Made by a program: the position numbers and the translations under genes. Under the pieces are notes generated by a model that worked only from the letters and a program-made list of their open reading frames with translations, had not been told where the DNA came from and made no database searches. A stretch of 64,000 nt of DNA. It comes from a virus (Duplodnaviria; Heunggongvirae; Uroviricota; Caudoviricetes). The stretch lies in IMG/VR virus record IMGVR_UViG_3300025896_000022; one strand, given 5' to 3'. Shown here piece after piece: positions 56,001 through 64,000 of the stretch; positions within the stretch are counted from its first letter, which is position 1, and every line of letters begins with the position of its first letter.

Positions 56001-57519
56001 TGGAGCATTATCTGAAATTCCAGCAGCTGATATAAAAGTATTTGGAGATAAACCACATTGGTTACAAGGATATAAAGAAGTTGGAAATACTAATTCAGGA
56101 TTTAAAACAAGTATAGCTCCTGAGTTAAGACAAGGATTAAGAACAGCAGGTTTATCTTTTGCATCTTCTGTAGAAAATACTGGAAACATATCAAAAAATT
56201 TAAAAAATTTAAATTTTGCTAAAGATTGGGCATCTAAATATGGGTATGAGTTACCAGAAAATTTAACAAGAATTTCTCAATCTGATGAACTTACTAATAG
56301 AACTATAAGAGGTTTAGCAAATAGACATAATACTTTTGTTAGAGGAGTAAGTACAAACTGGGAACACCTTGCTCAAAAAAATCCAGAAATAATAAAACAT
56401 CTTGAAAATCAAGGTTTTAATCTTGAAACAGAAGAAGGTTCAAAAGCTGCTGCAGAATACATGAGTTCACATCAACCTATAAATACAGGATATGGTAGAT
56501 TTGGTTTAAAAGAAAACGAGAATGCATTATATTTATCAAACTCAGTTCCAACTGCAGAAGGATATACATATGGAAATGGTTATGTAGTTAAAGTTAAAAG
56601 ACCAACAGATTTTTCATCAGCAAATAGAGAAGACTGGTTAACAAATAATGATTTTGATGTAAATCTTGGATTTAAAGGTTCACCATTTGGAAAGGGTATT
56701 GTTAAAAATGATTATATAAAAAGATTCCCAACAAACTTTAGAGAAACTCTTGCTATAACAGGAGATCCTGATAAAATGGTAAAATTACAGAATGCTGTAA
56801 AACAAAAAGAATTAATATATAATGATTTGGCACATCAATCATGGAGAAATTATAATGATAAAATTGATCTTTTAAAATATAAAACAGATCCTGATTATAG
56901 AAATAGATTTTTCATTGATGATGCAGAGAATAGATTTTTTTTAAGAAATTCTCCTAATATTTTTGATAAAATGCATATGAAGTATTTACAAAATGCAAAA
57001 AATTTATCAGAAACATATTATAATTCATTACCTTTAGTTGATATAGTAAAAGGTGTTTATGGTGATCCTGATGTATGGAAAGCATTTGGTAAAAATCTTT
57101 TTGGTAAACTAGATCCTTTTTCACATTATGCAATTAAAGGAAAAGAAGGTGAAAAAGTTTTAGAAGTTTTAAGATCAACTAAAGTTAATCCTGAAACTTG
57201 GGAAAATACTTCACGTGCTCATATAAACAAGTATACAAATAAATTAACTAGAAGAAAAGAAGGTGGTGAAAATATTAATTATAAGTTTCAAATAGGTAGT
57301 AATGCATTATCAAAATTTATAACACCAAAAGAAATGGGTGGATTATTTTACAAAGATGAAAATGGTACTTTACCACATAACCAATCAGTAAAGAAGTATC
57401 TTGCACCTGAACAAACATTAATTAATTTTATGACTAAGATGCAAAAAGAAAATGGTGGTGCTGTACCCTTTGAAGATTATTACAAAGCAAACATAATAAA
57501 TTCAAGAAATAAATCGTAA
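53053..57519 (+). CDS. giant low-complexity virion protein of 1488 aa (an internal/ejected or tape-measure-like candidate) with an HExxH zincin-like motif and a zinc ribbon
   Basis: 'SVIAHELAHAETNRSH' is an HExxH motif. 'CNNCGWSW…CHKCGKEV' is a CxxC…CxxC ribbon. The composition is rich in N/K/G/Y/E. Confidence 0.4.
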   Translation: MATNKEILLKFINEQSQRVQSDISRQGYKRDSPYVDRPKNVIQGQPGQPTPITMQGVDKTLMGTDEHGNQKIMHPGQEYEFPGSEVTETPIAKNGGDMIKRADGSYSHRGLWDNIRAAKGSGKKATAQMLQQEKKIKSEYKNGGSLLTKTITCNNCGWSWKAADGGNDVNTCHKCGKEVLIKAQAGGDTYKFGPIPITNGDFYDVDLTKQQYGGGNMIDVSVNQPIVVPSQGSYPLSYRDRGPVNAAGIPSDEEGVLFTNAKKVSRIDEQGKPLTRNQIAENQIMWNAQKQAYGPAQQDFNIWKNNEQNTSQGFYNTKEYDKLISKRNEGPDVGIEGLCDPNFSHTKCGISKQGAKENKADWSKKQLGGENQDELEWIKKYVSSPKYRERITNAGYDNPDKQINKRLQNLENVNIAENPNIQGSQYNPNENTIETNYPADLEYYNIHKNLYPTRPELSSVIAHELAHAETNRSHSATSLLNKHDREQLKNRLVPDADEDLQVYIDNYLRQDKSHHNIIPEENKADINAYRYDLRNQYDAGTQDFTKEHLDKSPSSFAKERLLKNYSDEDLIWLMNNVAQNNSDNNQMPIAQIGGLTFLQPTSNKLPEGYIIPYSVPSTERAGSIGGTNGEPAYLIPNFKYGHPIYDPVEEFKRTGEHLGGPFKTWQEADEWERTVRHPAVEKKQTIMFPQEQFQYGGDKFLPKDERDNSRASVDNTRVNNFNDARLFSKTARNKTQKEIDKEIIEERNKKIEASINASQHGGHYTKENWRQKLADETQATGDKLRIFPNDAHSAIDDYLNPGVFIGNMASKLGSAPLRAQQEDSYMPYVTSIGEPVVMGAVGELAAPYINKAGKVVKKALGTEEGLLSNAYKINPYAERLNNPNKSYRVAGMNAFEDFQNTGVLRSIAPKIETNFAEGILPARPTSFPSFQKGYADMSYASPKGAVVFETELPTFRRGDINPVTGFPIRGRHYAHRVINPETGGALSEIPAADIKVFGDKPHWLQGYKEVGNTNSGFKTSIAPELRQGLRTAGLSFASSVENTGNISKNLKNLNFAKDWASKYGYELPENLTRISQSDELTNRTIRGLANRHNTFVRGVSTNWEHLAQKNPEIIKHLENQGFNLETEEGSKAAAEYMSSHQPINTGYGRFGLKENENALYLSNSVPTAEGYTYGNGYVVKVKRPTDFSSANREDWLTNNDFDVNLGFKGSPFGKGIVKNDYIKRFPTNFRETLAITGDPDKMVKLQNAVKQKELIYNDLAHQSWRNYNDKIDLLKYKTDPDYRNRFFIDDAENRFFLRNSPNIFDKMHMKYLQNAKNLSETYYNSLPLVDIVKGVYGDPDVWKAFGKNLFGKLDPFSHYAIKGKEGEKVLEVLRSTKVNPETWENTSRAHINKYTNKLTRRKEGGENINYKFQIGSNALSKFITPKEMGGLFYKDENGTLPHNQSVKKYLAPEQTLINFMTKMQKENGGAVPFEDYYKANIINSRNKS

Positions 57520-57568
57520 ATTAGTAATGTAATCATGTGATAATAAACATGTAACTAAAACTTTCAAT

Positions 57569-59230
57569 ATGCAAAATTCAAATCAAAATAGATGTCCTGA
57601 GTGTGAAAAAAATAATGAATCATTATTGTATAGACAAACTATGGAAGAAGGTGGTGATTGGATTCAAGGTGCTATAAAGCATCCTGGTAGATGTACTCCA
57701 GGTTCTCCTAACTATGACTGTCCAAAAGGTAGTCCACAATGGAATCTTGCACAAAGATTTAAACATGGTGACTTACACAAGGAACAAGATGGTGGTCAAC
57801 AAAAAGATGAAATGATGCAAATTATTATGGCATATGCTCAGTTACATCAAGTTAAACCAGAAGTTGTTATTCAAGAAATACAAAAGTTATCTCCTGAAGA
57901 ACAAAAACAAGCAATGCAAACTATGGTCACTGAATTACAAGGTGATCAAGGTCAGCAACCAGAATCACAAGTTGCTGAACAAACTGAAAATCCTCAAGAA
58001 GGACAGTATGCAAATGGAGGTGATATTCCTACTGGTAATCTTTATGGTGGAAATGAATACAGATATGATAATGGTGGTAATTATCCTATTTCTGGTGCAA
58101 CAGGTTTAGGTAATGGTGTGCCTTATATAGTACCAGCATTAAACTCAGCAACAGGTGATTCACCAATGTATGAACCATTAAAAGCAATAACTGGTTTTAT
58201 GGGACTTGCAACTGCATTAGGTGGTGCAGGATTAGGATATGGTAAAGCAGCACAATGGGCAGGTAATAAAATACTACCAAATGGTGCAACAAAAAATGAT
58301 TTTAATACTTCATTAAATAAAGTAAATAATAAAATAAAAGGATACATGGATTTTGGTTCTGATTTAAATACAGATGTGTTTAAGTCAAATACTCAAAAAG
58401 CACCTGTTGTCAATAATAGTAATGTACCAAATATAGATTATAATAAACCTGTGACTGGTCCTGAATATCAAGGTGAATATGATACTATGGTAACAGCTTA
58501 TGGTGGTGTTATTCCACAAGCACAATTTGGAATTACTGTTCCACAAGGAGCACCATACGCACAACCAAATAATGCACCTGATCCAAATCAATTTCCACAA
58601 AATAACACAACTGATGCATTTACAAGATCACAAGGTCAACAAGCATACACTCAATATAATAATGCAGTAAAATCTTTTGCAAATCCTTTTGATACAAATA
58701 ATATGTCTCAATCTGAATTAAATAGTTTTGATGCAAATAAAAAACCAGAAAATTGGTATACTAAAAATATGCCAGGAGGTGCAAGTACATTTGGAAAACC
58801 ATTAGTATCAACTACATATGCACAACAACCAACTCAAGATATAAATGTTCATCCTGATAGTAATTCTAATTTGCATGATTATGTACAAAAAGGTATTGCA
58901 GGTGCAGGAGCATTTGAAAACTATTTAAGTTACATGAATAATAGATCTGCAAAAAATGATTATAATGCAATGATAAAAAGAAAAGGAAATACAGATTATA
59001 GAAGTTCTGCTAATCCTGCAAATGCACAAGGTAACTATACTATGAATGTAGGATTCCAAAACTTTCAACCTGGAATGCATACGCCTCAACAAGATTTTGG
59101 AACAACTGCAAAATATGGTGGTACTTCTAAAAGACAACTTTATAAATCAGGTGGAGAATATCAAGTATCAGAAGATGAGTTATTACAACTTATGAGAGAT
59201 GGTGCTGAAATTGAATTCATTAATAAATAA
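57569..59230 (+). CDS. low-complexity, prion-like virion protein rich in Q/N/G/Y/P, with an N-terminal zinc ribbon
   Basis: The N-terminus is 'CPECEKNNE…CTPGSPNYDCPKG'. Runs rich in Q, N, G and Y follow it. Size is 553 aa. Confidence 0.4.
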   Translation: MQNSNQNRCPECEKNNESLLYRQTMEEGGDWIQGAIKHPGRCTPGSPNYDCPKGSPQWNLAQRFKHGDLHKEQDGGQQKDEMMQIIMAYAQLHQVKPEVVIQEIQKLSPEEQKQAMQTMVTELQGDQGQQPESQVAEQTENPQEGQYANGGDIPTGNLYGGNEYRYDNGGNYPISGATGLGNGVPYIVPALNSATGDSPMYEPLKAITGFMGLATALGGAGLGYGKAAQWAGNKILPNGATKNDFNTSLNKVNNKIKGYMDFGSDLNTDVFKSNTQKAPVVNNSNVPNIDYNKPVTGPEYQGEYDTMVTAYGGVIPQAQFGITVPQGAPYAQPNNAPDPNQFPQNNTTDAFTRSQGQQAYTQYNNAVKSFANPFDTNNMSQSELNSFDANKKPENWYTKNMPGGASTFGKPLVSTTYAQQPTQDINVHPDSNSNLHDYVQKGIAGAGAFENYLSYMNNRSAKNDYNAMIKRKGNTDYRSSANPANAQGNYTMNVGFQNFQPGMHTPQQDFGTTAKYGGTSKRQLYKSGGEYQVSEDELLQLMRDGAEIEFINK

Positions 59231-59324
59231 CAAAAAGTTAATCTAAATAGGAAAAAACAAATTATATTTGTAAATTCTAAATGTAATAGGTTTACCGATT
59301 TTTAACTTTAAACTCTAAAAGTTT

Positions 59325-62300
59325 ATGTACAATATTAGAATAAAACAATTACCTAAAACAGGTGAACAGAGAAATTATAGTTTAGTAGATAGAAATGATT
59401 TATATATCAAAGTAAATCCATTAAATAGTGATACTAATGTTAAAAATACTATTAGTGCAGTACCACGTGAAGAAGCAAATATAGAAGCGGAAGGTGGAGA
59501 AACTGTTATTGGTGATATTAATGGTGATGGATTTTTAGAACATAATACTATTGTAGGTAAACGTCATACACAAGGTGGTGTACCATTAAATGTTGCACCA
59601 GGTTCATTTATATTTTCTGATACTAAAAAGTTAAAAATAAAAGATCCTGAAATTTTAAATTTATTTGGAGTTAGTCCAAGTAAAGGTGGAGTTACTCCTG
59701 CTGCTATTGCAAAAAAATATCAGACAAATAATTACATGAATGTTTTGAAATCTGATGATACAGATGAAATTTCAAAACGCACAGCATCTAAAATGTTAGA
59801 AAACAATTTAGAAAAACTTGGCATGCTTGCATTAGTTCAAGAATCTATGAAAGGATTTCCTGACGGTATACCAGCAATTGCTGAATCTGTTATGGCAGGT
59901 CTTCAAGGACAACAAAGTCAAGGTCAACCACAACAACCAGGTCAAGAACAAGGTGAAGGTGTTGCACATGAAGTAATGGAAGGTCAAGAAGAACCAGGTG
60001 AACAAGAAGGAAAAATGCGTTATGGTGGCGCATACTATCAAAGAGCTGGTATTGTTACACAAAAACAAAAACCATATATTCCAACAAATACATATAAAGT
60101 TGGTCCAGATACTTCTGAAGGTTATTTAGATAGAGTTGGTGATGCTAATATATTTCGTAGTTCTTCTAGGGATATTGTAGATCCTAGAATGTATGAAGCA
60201 ACACAAAAACTTAATCCTTTTTCTGACAGAGTTGAAGGAGTAGGTGATTACATTTCTAATGCATGGTCTGCACCACAAAAAGAAATGAATAATTTATTGA
60301 CAGGGTATTATGAATCTCCTATGGATACTGCTGCAAGATATTCAGAAATAAACCCAACAGTGAGATTTATTGGGGATGTTGCATCTGATCCAATGATGTG
60401 GCCTGAAGCAGCATATGCAGTTAGTAAAGGAGCAGTAAAACTTACTGGTAAAGCAATAAAAAAAGCAGTTCCGTATGCAGAAAAAGTTGCAGAATTAACT
60501 GTAAGATATGGAAAACAAGCTGCTGATTTTTTATCTCAGTATATTGGCAAAATTCCTTTTGAACAAGTTTTAGCAAAAGGTTCTATAATTGCTAGTAAAG
60601 GACTTCAAGCATCTACACATGTAGGAAATGAATCTTCAAAAGATGGTTATGAAAGAATAATTCATGCAAAATTAAATGGTGAAGATGGTCAAATTGGATT
60701 AAAAAATAATAAATGGTTTGACACATATACAGGAAAAGAAATTACTAAATTTGGAAAGTATAATCCTATACAAAATGTAAATAGTATGTCGCCTATGTCT
60801 AATATAATTCCATTAGATACTACAACTGTTGAACAAGATAGAATACCTGAAGAAGATAATGCTGGTATTCCTGAAATGCCACAAACTAGTGTGTCACCAC
60901 AACAAAGACAAGTTATACCAAGTGTACAACAACAAACACCAGTAAAATCTAATACAACATTTAGACCACATAATTTACAATATACAATTCCTTCTGGACC
61001 TCATAAAGGTAAAGTTGTTGATGCATATGCATCTAAAGATACATTAACATATCAAGAACCTGGTACTGACAAATTTGTTTATGTACCTGGTACATTTGCT
61101 TATGGTGGCAGTTTACCAAAACATCAAGGTACGATACCAGGTGTTCCAAGTACTGTACAAGGACAACCAGTAGTAGTTCCAACTCATGGTGGTACATATA
61201 CAAATCAACCATCTGATATAATGCATTTACCAAGTACACCAATTGGTACTCCAAATATGAAAGCGGATCCAAGATGGATAGGTACAAAATATAAAACTGA
61301 ATGGGAACCTGCAGTTAAAACTGCATTATCAACTCCTGAAGGTGCGAAAGCAGTTGATGAATATTTAACTTCTTATGGTGGTAAATATGGTCCAAATATT
61401 TTAAAACAATTAGAAGGATTAACTGGACAAGCAAGAACTGATAAAACTTTAGCTTTAGCAACAGACACAAAACCAGGTCCTTTTCATGAAGCAATTGCAT
61501 CTGCAATAGTTCCTAGACAACCTGTTGTGCCACCAACACCAGGAAAAAAACAAGCATTTTCTTGTGTAAATGGTGTAGTTACTACAGTTAAGTATCCTGA
61601 TAATGGTGCTATACCTGCAGGTGCATTTGCAAACAAAGTAGATGCTGAAGCAATATGTGCACCTAAAAAAGATATTATATCAAGTGCACCAGAACAGAAA
61701 AAAAATACACCATGGTGGATACAAGATAGTGTACAGTATGCAAATGAAATGGGTGATAGTGTAAATAAATATGAACCTACTATGCAACAGGTAGATGTAA
61801 CAACACCTGGTTATGTATTAAAAGATCCAGCTGCAAGACTTGCTGCACAAAAAGAACAAGCTGCAAGACAACAAGAAGGATTATATGGTAGTACTGCTGG
61901 TAATGTAGCAGGTGCATCTATGGTAGGAGTTGGTGATAAAGAACTTGGTGCATCAAGAGATATAATTGGAGATGTAGAAAATCAAAATGTTGATATTGTA
62001 AATCAAGCAGCAGGAACAAATGCACAAATAGTTAATCAAGGTAATTTATTAAAAGGTCAAGCATTACAAAAATATATTGCTGAATCTGCAACTGCAAATC
62101 AACAATATGATAATGCTAGACGTGATTTAAGAAATAGACAAACAAATGCTTTTGTTAATGGTACAACAAATTGGATGGCACATAAACAAATGGAAGATGT
62201 ATTATTTCCTAATGTTGCAGTAAATTCTATTACAGGTGATGTAACTTTTCCACATGGAAGAGCAGCATATGATGCACAAGGTAATGAAGTTTATAATCCT

Positions 62301-62594
62301 TATGTAAATCCAATGTCTGGAAAAAGTGCAAGTAATAAATATGATGCATCAGATTATTTTGAACTTAAAAAGAAACTTAAAGAACAATATCCAAATGCAT
62401 CTGATGATGATTTAATGCAAGCATTAAAACTTCAAATGACTGGTAAATATACACAAGAATCAAATAGTCAACCAATTTCAAAACAACAAATGATTCTGCC
62501 AACTAAACAATCAAGATATGGTGGATACATTAAAAAATATGGTGGAGTAGTAAATGAATATGGTGCATTACCATTATACTTTTTTGAAGATTAA
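59325..62594 (+). CDS. giant low-complexity virion protein of 1089 aa with a Q/P/G-rich tract
   Basis: 'GLQGQQSQGQPQQPGQEQGEG'. The C-terminal 'RYGGYIKKYGG' carries the same (K/R)YGG element found in the two preceding proteins. Confidence 0.4.
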   Translation: MYNIRIKQLPKTGEQRNYSLVDRNDLYIKVNPLNSDTNVKNTISAVPREEANIEAEGGETVIGDINGDGFLEHNTIVGKRHTQGGVPLNVAPGSFIFSDTKKLKIKDPEILNLFGVSPSKGGVTPAAIAKKYQTNNYMNVLKSDDTDEISKRTASKMLENNLEKLGMLALVQESMKGFPDGIPAIAESVMAGLQGQQSQGQPQQPGQEQGEGVAHEVMEGQEEPGEQEGKMRYGGAYYQRAGIVTQKQKPYIPTNTYKVGPDTSEGYLDRVGDANIFRSSSRDIVDPRMYEATQKLNPFSDRVEGVGDYISNAWSAPQKEMNNLLTGYYESPMDTAARYSEINPTVRFIGDVASDPMMWPEAAYAVSKGAVKLTGKAIKKAVPYAEKVAELTVRYGKQAADFLSQYIGKIPFEQVLAKGSIIASKGLQASTHVGNESSKDGYERIIHAKLNGEDGQIGLKNNKWFDTYTGKEITKFGKYNPIQNVNSMSPMSNIIPLDTTTVEQDRIPEEDNAGIPEMPQTSVSPQQRQVIPSVQQQTPVKSNTTFRPHNLQYTIPSGPHKGKVVDAYASKDTLTYQEPGTDKFVYVPGTFAYGGSLPKHQGTIPGVPSTVQGQPVVVPTHGGTYTNQPSDIMHLPSTPIGTPNMKADPRWIGTKYKTEWEPAVKTALSTPEGAKAVDEYLTSYGGKYGPNILKQLEGLTGQARTDKTLALATDTKPGPFHEAIASAIVPRQPVVPPTPGKKQAFSCVNGVVTTVKYPDNGAIPAGAFANKVDAEAICAPKKDIISSAPEQKKNTPWWIQDSVQYANEMGDSVNKYEPTMQQVDVTTPGYVLKDPAARLAAQKEQAARQQEGLYGSTAGNVAGASMVGVGDKELGASRDIIGDVENQNVDIVNQAAGTNAQIVNQGNLLKGQALQKYIAESATANQQYDNARRDLRNRQTNAFVNGTTNWMAHKQMEDVLFPNVAVNSITGDVTFPHGRAAYDAQGNEVYNPYVNPMSGKSASNKYDASDYFELKKKLKEQYPNASDDDLMQALKLQMTGKYTQESNSQPISKQQMILPTKQSRYGGYIKKYGGVVNEYGALPLYFFED

Positions 62595-62616
62595 TATATT
62601 ATAAAACAATAATTAC

Positions 62617-64000
62617 ATGGCAACATTTATTAAAGGCGTAACCGATGAGTTTCCACAACAAAATTTATATAAACCTGATTATAGTTTTCTTACTCAGGTG
62701 TATGGAACTCGTCAAGCAGAATATGATCGTGGATTTGATTATGTAAAAAATATAATTAATTCTGCATTAAATAGTCCATTGACTTCAGCATCAAATGAAG
62801 AATATCGTAAAGAGTTATTTAAAAAAATACAAGGTTCTTTAAAAGATATTACAAATTTAGATTTATCAAATCCTGCAAATATTAGTATTGCAAACTCACT
62901 TGTTGATCCAATTACTAAAGATAAAGAGTTAGCACGTGATATGGCACTAACAAAATATTATAGTACTGAAATTGGAAAGTATAATTCAATGAAGGAAAGT
63001 GATGATATTAAAGTAAGAGCACAAGCAAGTGATTATAGTTTAGCATACATGAATCAAGGTATTTCTGAATTAAAAAGTTCTAAACGTGGTGATGGTAGTA
63101 TATTAAAAGCACAACCAAAAAACTTTGTCAAATTTGCTGATATGGATAATTTTGTTCAGGAAAGAATGAAAGAACTTAAATTTGAAAGAGTTGTTGATAA
63201 AGTTACTGGTTTATATAAAGAAACTATTACCAATGGTAAAGGAACTGAAATGTCTTTTGCAAAATTCTACAAAGATCAAGTTCAACAATTTGGTGGATTT
63301 AATGAACAACTTGGTGTAATAGGAGCAGTAGATAGTGAAAATGCTATTCAAGAAGAAATGACTACAAGTAAAGTTTCAAGAGAACAAGCAATACAAAGTA
63401 TTTCTAACAAATTAATTACACCAGTAAAAGAACAAGCAGTAAAAACTCAAGATGAATCAGTATCACAATTAGATGATATAAAAGAAAAAATAGAACTTTT
63501 TGATAGAGAACATCCTGATGGTATTCCTGTTACTAAAAAAGAATATTATGACAATTTAGTAAATACAAAAACTGCATTAGAAAAAGATACAGCAAATGCT
63601 GTTAAAGATAATAAAGATATTGATACTGGTGGTGCAAATCACATTGTATCAAATTTACAAAATTTATTTAAAAATAATGCATTAAATAGTAGAGCAATAA
63701 AATGGGGTACTGACTATGCAACTTTAACAGCAAAGTATGAAATAGATGAAAATAAAGTTGGTTTAGAGTTATATAAAATTCAAGCAGATAAGCAAATGGC
63801 ATTTGCAAAAATGAACAATGATAACTTTATGAAAAATAAAGAACTTGCTCAACAAAAAACTATTGCAGATAATAACCTTGAATTTGAATATAAAAAAGCT
63901 GCTGCTAGTGGTGCAATATCTTCTAGTCATATTATTAGTACAAAACAAACTGATTTAGCAATGCCTGCAATACAAGTTTTATCACAAGCATTAACATCAT
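62617..64000 (+). CDS. partial ORF continuing beyond the right edge. It is a structural-module hypothetical protein.
   Basis: ATG at 62617 (MATFIKGVTDEF…) with an open frame to the window end. Confidence 0.4.
   Translation, partial: MATFIKGVTDEFPQQNLYKPDYSFLTQVYGTRQAEYDRGFDYVKNIINSALNSPLTSASNEEYRKELFKKIQGSLKDITNLDLSNPANISIANSLVDPITKDKELARDMALTKYYSTEIGKYNSMKESDDIKVRAQASDYSLAYMNQGISELKSSKRGDGSILKAQPKNFVKFADMDNFVQERMKELKFERVVDKVTGLYKETITNGKGTEMSFAKFYKDQVQQFGGFNEQLGVIGAVDSENAIQEEMTTSKVSREQAIQSISNKLITPVKEQAVKTQDESVSQLDDIKEKIELFDREHPDGIPVTKKEYYDNLVNTKTALEKDTANAVKDNKDIDTGGANHIVSNLQNLFKNNALNSRAIKWGTDYATLTAKYEIDENKVGLELYKIQADKQMAFAKMNNDNFMKNKELAQQKTIADNNLEFEYKKAAASGAISSSHIISTKQTDLAMPAIQVLSQALTS

Noticed and set aside
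1-64000. CRISPR array
   Set aside because: No regularly spaced direct repeats of 25-40 bp were found. The repeats seen are coding tandem domains or isolated hairpins.

Overview
This window reads as part of a large AT-rich (roughly 30% GC) tailed phage genome, probably a myovirus-like phage of a Bacteroidetes/Flavobacteriia host. Three lines of evidence suggest the host: a Bacteroidetes-type TTTG…TAnnTTTG promoter, C-terminal FISUMP (Fibrobacter succinogenes major paralogous) domains on the tail fibers, and many lipoprotein signal peptides. The window has two halves.

Positions 1–19.1 kb are entirely minus-strand and hold an early/accessory block. It contains several homing-endonuclease-like genes (GIY-YIG, HNH, a partial NUMOD4-like gene, a GIY-YIG-like+HTH gene), an SPFH/band-7 lipoprotein next to a small membrane protein, a vWA (CobT-like) protein, a MoxR/CobS-like AAA+ ATPase, many small hypothetical ORFs, two tandem paralogues each with its own hairpin terminator, an unusual G-rich structured non-coding island, and a thioredoxin.

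A divergent promoter/palindrome at about 19.15 kb switches to plus-strand genes: three small ORFs, a GroES/gp31-like co-chaperonin, then an RNA locus with a degenerate tRNA-like element and a complete phage-encoded tmRNA (ssrA-like, 20573..20929).

The late/structural module runs from 21 kb onward on the plus strand. It holds an HU-like protein, a PD-(D/E)xK nuclease, and a large terminase carrying a LAGLIDADG-type intein in its nuclease domain. Downstream are a 909-aa candidate portal, an acidic scaffold-like protein, abundant structural proteins followed by strong terminators, and a family of Cys-motif fiber proteins with tandem Ig-like repeats and C-terminal FISUMP domains (one of 1651 aa). 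The module also contains an embedded metallophosphoesterase and three giant low-complexity virion proteins, one with an HExxH motif.

No CRISPR array, integrase or reverse transcriptase is visible. All functional calls rest on motifs read by eye, since no database search was possible.
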